Of a DNA stretch of 57,323 nucleotides, positions 28,501-37,260 are shown piece after piece; within the stretch, counting starts at the first letter, position 1, and every line of letters begins with the position of its first letter. Both the position numbers and the translations under genes were made by a program. The stretch comes from Bacteroidales bacterium (lineage in GTDB: Bacteria > Bacteroidota > Bacteroidia > Bacteroidales > VadinHA17), in assembly GCA_034002785.1 (NCBI GenBank), contig JAVEZX010000004.1, forward strand, positions 1-57,323, read 5' to 3'. Below the pieces are notes generated by a model that was not told the DNA's origin, made no database searches, and saw only the letters and a program-made list of their open reading frames with translations.

Positions 28501-28817
28501 CTGCAGACAGACGTAATGCAACAGTCACTCACCTGCACGAACTTCTCTCCTCTGACACCGTCCGCCCATGGTTCAACGGCAACGCAACAGTCATGACAGA
28601 GGCCTCCGTGATTCTGCCCTCGGGCGCCGCCCGCCGCCCGGACAGGGTAATGATACGCGACGGACAGGTAACAATAGTCGACTATAAATTCGGGGAGCCG
28701 TCGCCACGACACCGTCAGCAGGCAGCCGCCTACCGCGAGATACTTGCAAGGATGGGTTATGCCGGCGTAAGATCATGGCTCTGGTACGTTGAAAAAAATA
28801 TAATAGAAGAGGCATGA
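25554..28817 (+). CDS. UvrD/Rep-type helicase with C-terminal PD-(D/E)XK nuclease (AddA-like subunit)
   Basis: Walker A SAGSGKTHALT, motif II IIDEFQDTS, and C-terminal nuclease motifs RPDRV, IVDYKFG, QQAAAY. Confidence 0.85.
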   Translation: MNTAGKLLKYSASAGSGKTHALTAFYLSRILHDPGAYRRILAVTFTNAAAAEMKSRILKRLHLLGLNGEKGDDERGEFTEYLCRFFPEVWPDRQAALLTVKKNAPVALGNILQDYSRFTVGTIDSFFQRVIRAFAREIDIPAGYEIELEHQTLLSDAVDSLLSQVATDGKLRGWISSYVASRLDESKGWDIRREILHVADQVFRENFRQLSTEDRKKISDYTIMANYASTVHAIRQRFENELKRMAGEAVTIYSECGLTPEDFLSKTKGGVGETLRKYSQGDVRKPGATWMKAAAEGKYLAASAGKEIVTAFSVAMSRGLGERVTAITEWFDREYGLYVSALAQMRTIHVIGILGAISERVREQANEQNIFLLSDAGELISRLIADDDTPFIYEKIGAAYDHFIIDEFQDTSRIQWNNFRPLIAETLSRGKDNLVVGDVKQSIYRWRNSDWRIIHSEAAAAFGQESVRPVHLSTNYRSRGNIIAFNNSIFGRESIPSLCDEKLNFDMLKLGDVYSDSGQEGTEGKKGGLVRVTLYPKSEDEGWKERVLNDLPAVIEQIQDHGYGADEILFLCRTNEEGKQIISRILEYSATCTPEQREHFNYEITSGESLLLERNPAVTLIISCLRYLTDPASRINRSQMVRSYILATGGDERLLYSGDAPVPQAESMTADTPVRTEATLPQGWEQMLESYRNSSLFSATENIIRFFGLGENSENIAYISSFQDAVLTWSGRHSSDISAFVRWWDDDGCTSTLNQSDRQEAMRVMTIHRAKGLQSRVVIVPFAAWDFTKSGFNRQLLWVTDVPPPFAPMPVVLPEMSSKLDESLFAVQARMEKVSDWLDGINLLYVAFTRAVDALFIMSPEVQGTTGSGANSGALLNQALAKLPANFTRRETDSMTVVACGELPPVVREEHEQPLEMNRYTVSEPRAALRLRTGGALPQDELKLGEPGGRAYGIMMHDLLSRIITTADIEPAVERACAGGLLPADRRNATVTHLHELLSSDTVRPWFNGNATVMTEASVILPSGAARRPDRVMIRDGQVTIVDYKFGEPSPRHRQQAAAYREILARMGYAGVRSWLWYVEKNIIEEA

Positions 28818-29773
28818 CCGCTCCTGTAACATATGATTGGGGGACAACCCGTCGATTCAATTCCTATGCCGACTGGTTTGCCAGGCTGTTCGGGGGCAGG
28901 GTGCAGAAGGTGAGCATCAACGCAGGCTTCACCTGCCCCAACCGTGACGGCACCCTGGGCACCGGGGGATGCACCTACTGCAACAACGAGGCATTCATCC
29001 CTGCATACTGCACACCTGAGAAAAGCGTCACCGAACAGATTGAACAGGGCATCGCCTTCCACCGGCACAGATACCGCCGGGCTGATCAGTATATTGCATA
29101 TTTCCAGGCCTATACAAACACCTATGCCGGTACGGAGAAACTTATCGGCCTCTATGGCCAGGCACTCAACCACCCTTCGGTGACGGGAATAGTCATTGGC
29201 ACCCGACCCGACTGCGTCAGCACAGACCTGCTTGACAGGCTGGCTGTGATGGCACGCGACTACTTCATCATGATCGAATACGGCATCGAATCAGTACATG
29301 ACGATATATTGAAGAGGATAAACAGGGGACATGATTATGCCTCGGCAGAGAAAGCTGTCCGTGAGACTGCGGCACGCGGCCTGAATGTGGGCGCTCATCT
29401 GATATTCGGCCTTCCGGGAGAGACGCGTAACATGCTGGAAGAGAGTGCTGAAATCATATCTTCCCTGCCGCTTACATCCATAAAAATAAGGCAGCTTCAG
29501 CTGATCAGGGGTACTGCCATGGCCGAAGAATACAAAATAAATCCCGATGCATTTGAACTCTTCTCCCTCGATGAGTACCTTGACCTGGTGATCTCATTTA
29601 CAGAGAGACTGTCACCGGGAATAATGATTGACCGTATCAGCGGTGAGGCACCGCCGCGCCTGCTGGATGACCCGCGCGACTGGCACATGCGGAGCAATGA
29701 AATATTCAGACTCTTTGAGCAGAGACTGGGGGAAAGAGACACATGGCAGGGGAGACTCTGTACAAAACGCTGA
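28814..29773 (+). CDS. radical SAM protein, TIGR01212 (YhcC-like) family
   Basis: Family-specific cluster box FTCPNRDGTLGTGGCTYCN and a TIM-like radical SAM core. An ATGA overlap joins it to the AddA-like stop. Confidence 0.8.
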   Translation: MTAPVTYDWGTTRRFNSYADWFARLFGGRVQKVSINAGFTCPNRDGTLGTGGCTYCNNEAFIPAYCTPEKSVTEQIEQGIAFHRHRYRRADQYIAYFQAYTNTYAGTEKLIGLYGQALNHPSVTGIVIGTRPDCVSTDLLDRLAVMARDYFIMIEYGIESVHDDILKRINRGHDYASAEKAVRETAARGLNVGAHLIFGLPGETRNMLEESAEIISSLPLTSIKIRQLQLIRGTAMAEEYKINPDAFELFSLDEYLDLVISFTERLSPGIMIDRISGEAPPRLLDDPRDWHMRSNEIFRLFEQRLGERDTWQGRLCTKR

Positions 29774-29775
29774 AG

Positions 29776-32646
29776 ATGGATTTCCTGGAAAGAGTGGCAT
29801 ACAGACTCCGTGAGCAGCACGGTGACGAGATGGAAAAGCAGACGGTGGTACTGCCCAGCAGGAGGGCCGGCCTCTGGCTCACCCGCTCACTGGCAAGACT
29901 GGGAGATAAACCCGTCTGGTCACCCACTATGTTGACTGTCAGTGAGTTGTTCAGATCATTCACAGATCTTGTCCCGGCAGACGCAGACACTCAGATATTC
30001 GGGCTCTACAATGTCTGGCGGAGACTGTTCGGGGAGGATATGAGTTTCGACGATTTCTGGTCATGGGGCGAGGTGATTATCAATGACTTCAATGATATCG
30101 ATCTTTATATGGCCGATGCGGGTAAGCTGTACAGCAATATCTCGGACCTGAAGGAGATCGATGCAGCCTTTGGCGGGCTTACCGATGAACAGGTTGAGAT
30201 TATAAGGGGTTTCTGGAAATCGTTTAACCCTGCATCAGCAGACAGTGATGCCCGCACAAAATTCCGCACTGTATGGCAGAAGCTGGGACCTCTCTACAAC
30301 GCCTTCAGGGAGTCAATGCTGGCTCGCGGCATGGCCGGTGACGGCATGCTGTGCCGGGAGGTGGCGGAGAAGGCCGCAGCCGGGCGGCTCATGCTGCCTG
30401 AAGGGAGACGTTGGCATATTGTCGGGCTGAATGCCCTCAACAACTGTGAGAAGATTCTTTTCAGATATCTCAGGCAGCAGGGAGTGGCTGACTTCTATTG
30501 GGATGATGACCACTTCTTCATGGATGACCCGGATCACAAGGCCTCTCTGTTTATCAGTGAGAACAGACGGATATTCGGGAATGCAATCGGCCTTGCCGAC
30601 GGCGGGAAGCATGAACCGCCCCGCGGTGACTGGCAGATAATTGATACCCCGTCAGATACCGCACAGGCGCGGATGGTTGCACAACTGCTTGAAAAGGAAA
30701 ATATTACTGACGATGAGGACCTGACATCCACTGCAGTCATCCTCGCAGATGAGAAGCTGCTCATGCCTGTACTGGGCTCACTGCCGGCATCGGTGCAGGA
30801 TGTGAATGTTACAATGGGACACCCTTTCCGGCTGACATCACTGTACTCCTTCCTGAAGCAGTTGCTTGCCCTGATCAGATCAGCCAGGGAGAGCAACGGA
30901 ATCGTAAGTTTCCGCAGTGATGATGTAATGGCACTGCTCAGGCATCAGTATTTCAGACTTCTCGCCGGCGGAGAAGGAGACACGGTGGTAAGGGAGATCA
31001 TCAGGGGCAACATGATCAGGGTCAGTGCATCGATGCTCTCCGAACGTTTCAGTCTGAAAAAGCTCTTTTCGGTGCCGTCAACAGGTTCAGAAATACCAGG
31101 ACACCTGGCTGAGGTAATGGAGCTTCTCGAGGAGGCTACGTTCTCTGCGGAGAGAGATGGTGCCACGCTTAGTGTCGACCGTGAGTACCTCAGGATTGCA
31201 ATGAACAGTACCGTTCGCCTTGCGAACCTGATCAGCAGTCATAACCTTGAGCTGAAACCTGAAACATGTATAAGGCTGCTTGACAGGATCTTCAGAAAAA
31301 TGATTGTCCCATTCTCGGGAGAACCTCTCAGGGGGATACAGATTATGGGTGTCCTCGAAACAAGGGCGCTGGAATTCAGGAATATCATAGTCCTTTCCCT
31401 CAATGAGGGTATCTTCCCGGGTGCATCGTGGGACAATTCGTACATCCCGTATAATATCCGCCGGGCATTCGGCCTGCCGACCGTTAACGAGCACGAATCG
31501 ATCTACTCATACTACTTCTTCAGGCTTCTGCGCAAGCCTGCCAGGGGATGGTTCATGTACAACTCCACGGCACAGGGACTCAGCAGCGGGGAGATGAGCC
31601 GCTACCTCGTCAGAATGAGCTACAGCCCTCTCTTTGCTCCGCGACAGAGGTCAGTGCATATCAGGGTGGGGAGGAGCAGGATGATGTCTGAATCGCTGCC
31701 TCGGCAACCGGAGCATAACAGGACCCTTCTGAACCTCTACTCCGGTGATGGCGGGGCAGGCAAGTCCTTGTCGCCGAGCGCGGTGAACACCTGGATAAAC
31801 TGCAGGATGAGATTCTATTTCAGGTACGTCTGCGGCATGCCCGAGGAGGAGATACTGGAGAAGGAGATCGACCAGCGCAGGTTTGGAAATATAATGCATG
31901 AGACACTGCGCCGTCTCTACGAACCCCTGCGGAATTCACAGGATACCGGAGCCTCTGTCGCCAGGCTGGCAACCGAACGTGACACCATCAGGGAGACTGT
32001 GATCGGTGCTGCAACGGATGAAATGCACTGGGACAGGGAGACGCTGTTTTCGGGAAAAGGGGTTATAATCGTCGACGTTCTTGAACGGTATGCAATTGAA
32101 CTGCTGGAATATGACGGTAGAAATCCCGACCTGACCCTGCTTCACCTCGAGGACGACTTCACCTCCGTCCGCACCGTGACCACGGGGAAAGGTGAAGTGA
32201 TTGTGCGCCTTGGAGGCAGGGCCGACAGGGTTGACATGACCGGAGGTGTTATAAGGGTGGTCGATTACAAGACAGGTTCCCCGAAGCGGGAGGCTGTCAC
32301 GGCTGAAGGGCTTTTTGACGAGGTGAAGGAGAAACGCAATGATGCAGTGCTTCAGGCTCTGCTCTACTGTTTAATGGTGGAGAGAAACCATCCCGGACGG
32401 ATCGTTTTGCCTGCCATATACTGGATACAGCAGCTGAAGTCGGACGGATTCACACCGTATGCATCTGCCCCGGGCCTTGAAGGTACAGACGCACTGCGCG
32501 GTGAATGGGATGCTTTTATGAAAGCTTTCACGCAGGAGCTTGACCTGACTCTGCAAAGGATCTTTTCTGACAGTGAGGACTTTACAAAGACAACCTTCAG
32601 GCAGCGCTGCTCCTCATGCCCCTACAGGACACTGTGCCGGAGATGA
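29776..32646 (+). CDS. PD-(D/E)XK nuclease family protein (AddB-like subunit with Fe-S cysteine staple)
   Basis: Nuclease motifs GRADRVD, VVDYKTG, LQALLY. Cysteines INCRMRF...VCG plus C-terminal CSSCPYRTLC match the AddB C..CxxCx5C pattern. The start is either ATG 29776 or ATG 29743. Confidence 0.75.
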   Translation: MDFLERVAYRLREQHGDEMEKQTVVLPSRRAGLWLTRSLARLGDKPVWSPTMLTVSELFRSFTDLVPADADTQIFGLYNVWRRLFGEDMSFDDFWSWGEVIINDFNDIDLYMADAGKLYSNISDLKEIDAAFGGLTDEQVEIIRGFWKSFNPASADSDARTKFRTVWQKLGPLYNAFRESMLARGMAGDGMLCREVAEKAAAGRLMLPEGRRWHIVGLNALNNCEKILFRYLRQQGVADFYWDDDHFFMDDPDHKASLFISENRRIFGNAIGLADGGKHEPPRGDWQIIDTPSDTAQARMVAQLLEKENITDDEDLTSTAVILADEKLLMPVLGSLPASVQDVNVTMGHPFRLTSLYSFLKQLLALIRSARESNGIVSFRSDDVMALLRHQYFRLLAGGEGDTVVREIIRGNMIRVSASMLSERFSLKKLFSVPSTGSEIPGHLAEVMELLEEATFSAERDGATLSVDREYLRIAMNSTVRLANLISSHNLELKPETCIRLLDRIFRKMIVPFSGEPLRGIQIMGVLETRALEFRNIIVLSLNEGIFPGASWDNSYIPYNIRRAFGLPTVNEHESIYSYYFFRLLRKPARGWFMYNSTAQGLSSGEMSRYLVRMSYSPLFAPRQRSVHIRVGRSRMMSESLPRQPEHNRTLLNLYSGDGGAGKSLSPSAVNTWINCRMRFYFRYVCGMPEEEILEKEIDQRRFGNIMHETLRRLYEPLRNSQDTGASVARLATERDTIRETVIGAATDEMHWDRETLFSGKGVIIVDVLERYAIELLEYDGRNPDLTLLHLEDDFTSVRTVTTGKGEVIVRLGGRADRVDMTGGVIRVVDYKTGSPKREAVTAEGLFDEVKEKRNDAVLQALLYCLMVERNHPGRIVLPAIYWIQQLKSDGFTPYASAPGLEGTDALRGEWDAFMKAFTQELDLTLQRIFSDSEDFTKTTFRQRCSSCPYRTLCRR

Positions 32647-32647
32647 C

Positions 32648-33136
32648 CTATTTTTCCATCAGCCGCTGAAGAGCAGCCATCTTAATGGCAGTCACGGCTG
32701 CTTCATCGCCTTTGTTCCCGTGCCTGCCGCCTGCACGGTCAAGGGCCTGCTGAAGGTTCAGGGTGGTGAGGACCCCAAATATGAAAGGAATGTTGTAGTC
32801 GAGATTCAGCTGGGTGATGCCCTGCGTTACCCCTTCACAGATATATGTGAAATGCGGCGTTTCTCCCTGTATCACACATCCAAGGCAGATGACGCCGTCC
32901 AGGTCTTCATACTCTGCCATCCATTGAGCAGCAAGTGTGATCTCGAAAGTTCCGGGCACATGCCTGACAATGATATCCTCATCCGCCACCCCGTGACGAA
33001 GAAGGGTACTGACGGCACCGTTCAGAAGGGAATGTGTGACTTCGCTGTTCCAGTCGGCTACAACAATGCCGAATCTCAGTCCCGATGCATCAGGGACGCG
33101 CGAGGGATCATAGTCCGAAAGATCGCGGGTTGCCAC
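32648..33136 (-). CDS. ribH: 6,7-dimethyl-8-ribityllumazine synthase
   Basis: 162 aa with FGIVVADWNSEVT.., VPGTFE and CLGCVIQGETPHF signatures. Confidence 0.95.
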   Translation of the reverse strand: MATRDLSDYDPSRVPDASGLRFGIVVADWNSEVTHSLLNGAVSTLLRHGVADEDIIVRHVPGTFEITLAAQWMAEYEDLDGVICLGCVIQGETPHFTYICEGVTQGITQLNLDYNIPFIFGVLTTLNLQQALDRAGGRHGNKGDEAAVTAIKMAALQRLMEK

Positions 33137-33139
33137 TGT

Positions 33140-33817
33140 CTAGATGTGCAGTTTGACTCTTGCAATATACTTGTCGATACTCCTGCCTTCATTGCTCTCA
33201 GGGTACTTCTCCTGAATCTGCTCATAAAGCTTCAGCGCCTCTGCATAGTCGCCCTGGCTTTCATGCAGCATGCCGGCTTTCATGAGGTAGATAGGGCTGT
33301 GGAAGTTATTCTCCGCCAATGTAGCTGCTTCAAGATAGTTTTTTATGCCTGCGGCGAAGTCGCCCAACTCAACCTTCGCATCCCCGATAAGACCCTTTGC
33401 CTGCGGTGCAAGCACCTCATCCTTCAGTTTGTACTTGTTCAGATAACCGATAGCCTCATCAAACTGGCCGAGGTGAACAAGGCATGCGCCTGCATAGAAA
33501 TTCGCAAGCTTGCCTGATTTGGTACTCCTGTATTCCTTTGCTATATCGATAAAACCAAGATTGTTCCCGTCGCCGTTAAGGGCAAGATTGAGTGAGTCCT
33601 GTCCGAAATACTGCTCAGCCATGAACATCTGGCTCAGCGCCTCCTCATTCTGCTTTTGGGTATACATTCTAAGAAGCCAGAATATCCCGACGAGCACAAC
33701 AGCTCCGACGAGTACATATAAGAGAGGCTTATAATTCTGTTCCAGAAACTGTTCGGTTTTTGTCAGTGTCTGCTCAACATTCTCGATCCCTTTTGCGGTC
33801 TCCTTTTTCTTGCTCAT
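33140..33817 (-). CDS. membrane-anchored tetratricopeptide-repeat protein (YfgM-like)
   Basis: One N-terminal TM segment (LLYVLVGAVVLVGIFWLL) followed by TPR-like helices, upstream of ribH. Confidence 0.7.
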   Translation of the reverse strand: MSKKKETAKGIENVEQTLTKTEQFLEQNYKPLLYVLVGAVVLVGIFWLLRMYTQKQNEEALSQMFMAEQYFGQDSLNLALNGDGNNLGFIDIAKEYRSTKSGKLANFYAGACLVHLGQFDEAIGYLNKYKLKDEVLAPQAKGLIGDAKVELGDFAAGIKNYLEAATLAENNFHSPIYLMKAGMLHESQGDYAEALKLYEQIQEKYPESNEGRSIDKYIARVKLHI

Positions 33818-33854
33818 ATCAATCTTCTCAGTTACAGGTCAAAAAATAACTCCG

Positions 33855-33862
33855 CAAAAGTA
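33855..33862 (-). promoter_or_regulatory. -7 promoter box TACTTTTG for TPR-ribH
   Basis: Exact TAnnTTTG on the - strand, 38 nt upstream of ATG 33817. Confidence 0.4.
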
Positions 33863-33966
33863 GTATTTCTGACTTTATTAAAAAATAAAAGGTTTAAAAA
33901 AAACAAAGGCCTCCGGAGGCATGCCAGGACCTCCCCCTGAACGCTTGTCACAGCCGTTTCTTTTCG

Positions 33967-33974
33967 TAACTTTG
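33967..33974 (+). promoter_or_regulatory. -7 promoter box TAACTTTG for recF
   Basis: Exact TAnnTTTG match 21 nt upstream of ATG 33995. Confidence 0.45.
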
Positions 33975-33994
33975 GCCTCCGCCAACGGCTTTAT

Positions 33995-35113
33995 ATGATG
34001 ATGCATCTCGCAAGGCTGGAACTGACCAACTTCAAGAACTATGAAGAAGTGACCCTCGAATTCTCCCCGGGGTTCAATTGCTTTGTGGGGAACAACGGCG
34101 TGGGCAAAACCAATATCCTCGACGCCGTACACTACCTCTCCCTCACAAAAAGCTTCTTCAACAGCTCAGACACACTCAGTATCCGTCACGGTGAGGACTA
34201 CTTCATGATCAAGGGAACCTTCGTTACCGACGGCATCAGCGATGATCTGCACTGCGCCTTCCAGAAACAGAAGCAGAAGATCTTCCGGATTAACGGCAAG
34301 GAGTATCAGCGAATGTCAGACCACGTGGGTAAATACCCGGTGGTGATGCTCTCTCCGGCCGACAGCACGCTAATAACCGGCAGCAGCGAGGAGCGACGCC
34401 GTTTCCTGAATATGATCATCAGCCAGTATGACCCTCCCTATCTCGAGGCACATATGCGCTATAACAAGGCCCTGATGCAACGCAACAGGATCCTTCGCGG
34501 CAGCGGCAATGATGTATCCGGTTTGCTGGAGATCTATGACGAACAGATGGCTATTGAGGCAGAGATAATTTACCAGTCGCGACGCAAGCTCACGGAAAAT
34601 CTGCTGCCTCTCTTCCGTTCCTATTACGAAAAGATCTCCGGCGGAGCCGAAAAGGTCTCCATCCGTTACCGCTCGCACCTTTGCACAGGAGAATACCTCA
34701 GGCAGCTTTCCGAATCCAGGGGGAGGGACTTCGCTCTGCAATATACAACTGCAGGGATACACCGTGACGACCTCATCTTCGAGATCGACGGTCATTCGGC
34801 CAGGACCACTGCCAGCCAGGGACAGCAGAAGTCATTCATCGTGGCACTGAAACTTGCAAAGTTCAGCCTGATAAGCAGGATGAACGGTTTCGCGCCGGCG
34901 CTGCTGCTTGACGATATCTTCGACAAGTTTGATCAGACAAGGGTGCAGGAGATAATACGCCTCGCTGGATCCGGCGAATTCGGACAGGTATTCATCACTG
35001 ACACACAGCAGGACCGGATCCACCGCATCCTGGACAGTACCGGCGTCGACTTCAGACTCTACAGGATAGGGAACAATGGTATCGAGGAGGAGATAAGCAA
35101 CGGTTCAAAGTAA
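33995..35113 (+). CDS. recF: DNA replication/repair protein RecF
   Basis: LELTNFKNY, Walker A GNNGVGKTNILDA, the SMC-like signature SQGQQKS and Walker B LLLDDIF. Confidence 0.93.
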   Translation: MMMHLARLELTNFKNYEEVTLEFSPGFNCFVGNNGVGKTNILDAVHYLSLTKSFFNSSDTLSIRHGEDYFMIKGTFVTDGISDDLHCAFQKQKQKIFRINGKEYQRMSDHVGKYPVVMLSPADSTLITGSSEERRRFLNMIISQYDPPYLEAHMRYNKALMQRNRILRGSGNDVSGLLEIYDEQMAIEAEIIYQSRRKLTENLLPLFRSYYEKISGGAEKVSIRYRSHLCTGEYLRQLSESRGRDFALQYTTAGIHRDDLIFEIDGHSARTTASQGQQKSFIVALKLAKFSLISRMNGFAPALLLDDIFDKFDQTRVQEIIRLAGSGEFGQVFITDTQQDRIHRILDSTGVDFRLYRIGNNGIEEEISNGSK

Positions 35114-35116
35114 GCC

Positions 35117-35407
35117 ATGCGGCGAAACAAAACCATAACACTCGGCGAAGCGCTCAATGACCTCATCAGGGAATACCGGCTGGGGCCCGGGCTGAAGGAA
35201 GCTACCGTTCTCGGCATCTGGGAATCCATTGCCGGGAAGGTAATCACCGCACGAACCAAGAAAACATACCTTAAGGATGGTGTGCTGCACATATACCTCA
35301 CCTCATCGGTAGTGCGAAATGAGCTGATGATGCTGCGTGATTCCCTCAAGGCTCAGATCAACAGCCGGGCGGGAGAAGAGGTCGTCAGGGAGATAATGCT
35401 TCATTGA
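35117..35407 (+). CDS. DUF721 (DciA-like) domain protein
   Basis: 96 aa, basic, immediately after recF as is usual in Bacteroidota, with an LGEALNDLIREY..W..IAG pattern. Confidence 0.65.
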   Translation: MRRNKTITLGEALNDLIREYRLGPGLKEATVLGIWESIAGKVITARTKKTYLKDGVLHIYLTSSVVRNELMMLRDSLKAQINSRAGEEVVREIMLH

Positions 35408-35468
35408 CGGCGCGATAGCCCGGTCAGACTGCCGGCTCACAACATCTTTATCCGGTCATAGTCCTCTC

Positions 35469-37217
35469 TCAGAGAACCCTGTATTCACTTCCCTTGATAA
35501 GGATGCTTTTATTGTGCCCCATTGAGGATTGAAAACTATACCTTCTTCCTTCGTACTCCACGGCAGACAGGTCACCCTGAAGGGTCAGGGAGATTTCGGC
35601 TTCAGTGTCATTGAAGTGAAGGGCATCAGCCATCAGGAAGGCCTTCTCGGCACCGTCACCGCGCCCGAAGTTCCAGACTTCATCCGGTTGCGCCATCCTG
35701 CCGGAATCATAGATCGACTCATTCTCCAGCTTGCTGATTATCTCATGGATCTCATCCGCGCTCAGGCCACGCAGCGGTTCATGACAGACAGGATTTCTTT
35801 CGATGGCGGCCTTAATGAACGGCCTCCAGTCGGTATGCTCCATATCCCTGTATGCATAGAGGGTGAGGTGTGCCATCTCCGACACGTCAGCGATCTCCCT
35901 GATTTTGCGGATGATCTCCTCGCGGGTATCATTCACCGTCAGCTGCGGGTAAACGGCGTGGACAAACTTTCTCTCTGCGGAGGGCAGCCTTGGCTCGGTG
36001 ATAATAAAGCTCCTGATATCGGCAAACATACGCTTCACACAGTCCTGGTGCTCGGTAGTGAAGATTTCCGTGAACTCTGCCTCAAGAACTTCAAGATCAG
36101 CATTTCCGAGCTTTCTGAGAAACGCTTCCACTTCATTGAGCATAATCTTGCCGGGAACGGTATCATACAGGAACTCATCCGGATCAACCTCAGCCAGAAG
36201 CTTGTCACGCGTCTCTTCATTCATGCTTGATTTGGAGGAGTGCTCGTACTCAAACAGCTTCTCAAGGGTGATGTAGTGGCTTGTACCGGTGCGGAGATAA
36301 TGGTATTGGAACAGGCATTTGTATTCCGACTTGAATCTCAGAAAGTTGATGAAGACGGTGGGGGTAAGGGGACTCCTGACGAAACTTTTCAGCTTCCCGG
36401 TGAAGGCGAGATATGCTTCCCTGTCAATCGTTGCTGTTTCATAGACTGTATGAATGTGGCCTGTTATGTGTGATACTATCGTGACCTTCTCATTCTCGAG
36501 GGCTCTTCTTGCCTTGCCGGAGAGGGAGGTACCGTTGAACCACATGTTCTTCGTCATGATCCTCCTGTTGTTGGTCAGTAGCCCGTCCTTCTCATCAATG
36601 TAGTTCTGTGAGTGCAGCGGGGTTGCCATCATGAATATCTTCTCCAGGGGTACCTCCCCGACGATGAACATGGCAGCTGCATAGAGGGCGGCCAGGCTGA
36701 CACACTCACCCGCACCTGTGGTATAATGCTCCTTGTGCCTGAAGGCTGTCATCGCCTCCACCGTCTCAGTCTTCCAGTAGGGGATGGCTGTAGTGTTGTA
36801 CTTGTCGAGGCCAAAGTGCCGGCGAATGTCAATGTCAAAATAATATTTGTCTCCCTCGTAACCGAAAAGGGCGTTGGACTGTCTAAGTAACTCAGTATCA
36901 AAGAAATCACTGAACCTTGCAGTCTCCTTCTCCTTATCAGTCAGGCCCCACGTCTCCAGATCGAGGTTGAAGATGTAGTTGTCAATGATGTACTGCTTGA
37001 TCCTGTTCGATTTGCTTATGAAGTTTTTACGGTGCATCTCCCTGAACCATGGATCATCGCGCCATTTCCAGATGACCGGTGACATGATGTTGGCCAGCAC
37101 AAGGGGGTAGAACAGATCCGGGAAGATGAAGATCTCCATATCGGAGAGGGTATAGGCAGAGGAGTACTTTTCGAGTGTTTTTTTGTCCGAAAAGTCTGGA
37201 GAAAACGTTTTGGTCAT
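35469..37217 (-). CDS. hypothetical 582-aa cytoplasmic protein (possible transglutaminase-like Cys-His core)
   Basis: Long uninterrupted ORF with normal composition, no signal peptide and no TM segment. I recognise no family. Candidate motif TTGAGECVSLAALYAAAMF...TPLHSQNYIDEKD. Confidence 0.6.
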   Translation of the reverse strand: MTKTFSPDFSDKKTLEKYSSAYTLSDMEIFIFPDLFYPLVLANIMSPVIWKWRDDPWFREMHRKNFISKSNRIKQYIIDNYIFNLDLETWGLTDKEKETARFSDFFDTELLRQSNALFGYEGDKYYFDIDIRRHFGLDKYNTTAIPYWKTETVEAMTAFRHKEHYTTGAGECVSLAALYAAAMFIVGEVPLEKIFMMATPLHSQNYIDEKDGLLTNNRRIMTKNMWFNGTSLSGKARRALENEKVTIVSHITGHIHTVYETATIDREAYLAFTGKLKSFVRSPLTPTVFINFLRFKSEYKCLFQYHYLRTGTSHYITLEKLFEYEHSSKSSMNEETRDKLLAEVDPDEFLYDTVPGKIMLNEVEAFLRKLGNADLEVLEAEFTEIFTTEHQDCVKRMFADIRSFIITEPRLPSAERKFVHAVYPQLTVNDTREEIIRKIREIADVSEMAHLTLYAYRDMEHTDWRPFIKAAIERNPVCHEPLRGLSADEIHEIISKLENESIYDSGRMAQPDEVWNFGRGDGAEKAFLMADALHFNDTEAEISLTLQGDLSAVEYEGRRYSFQSSMGHNKSILIKGSEYRVL

Positions 37218-37260
37218 TTCGATTTTTTAGGGAAACAAGCAATGAGGGTTTTTGTTGCCT

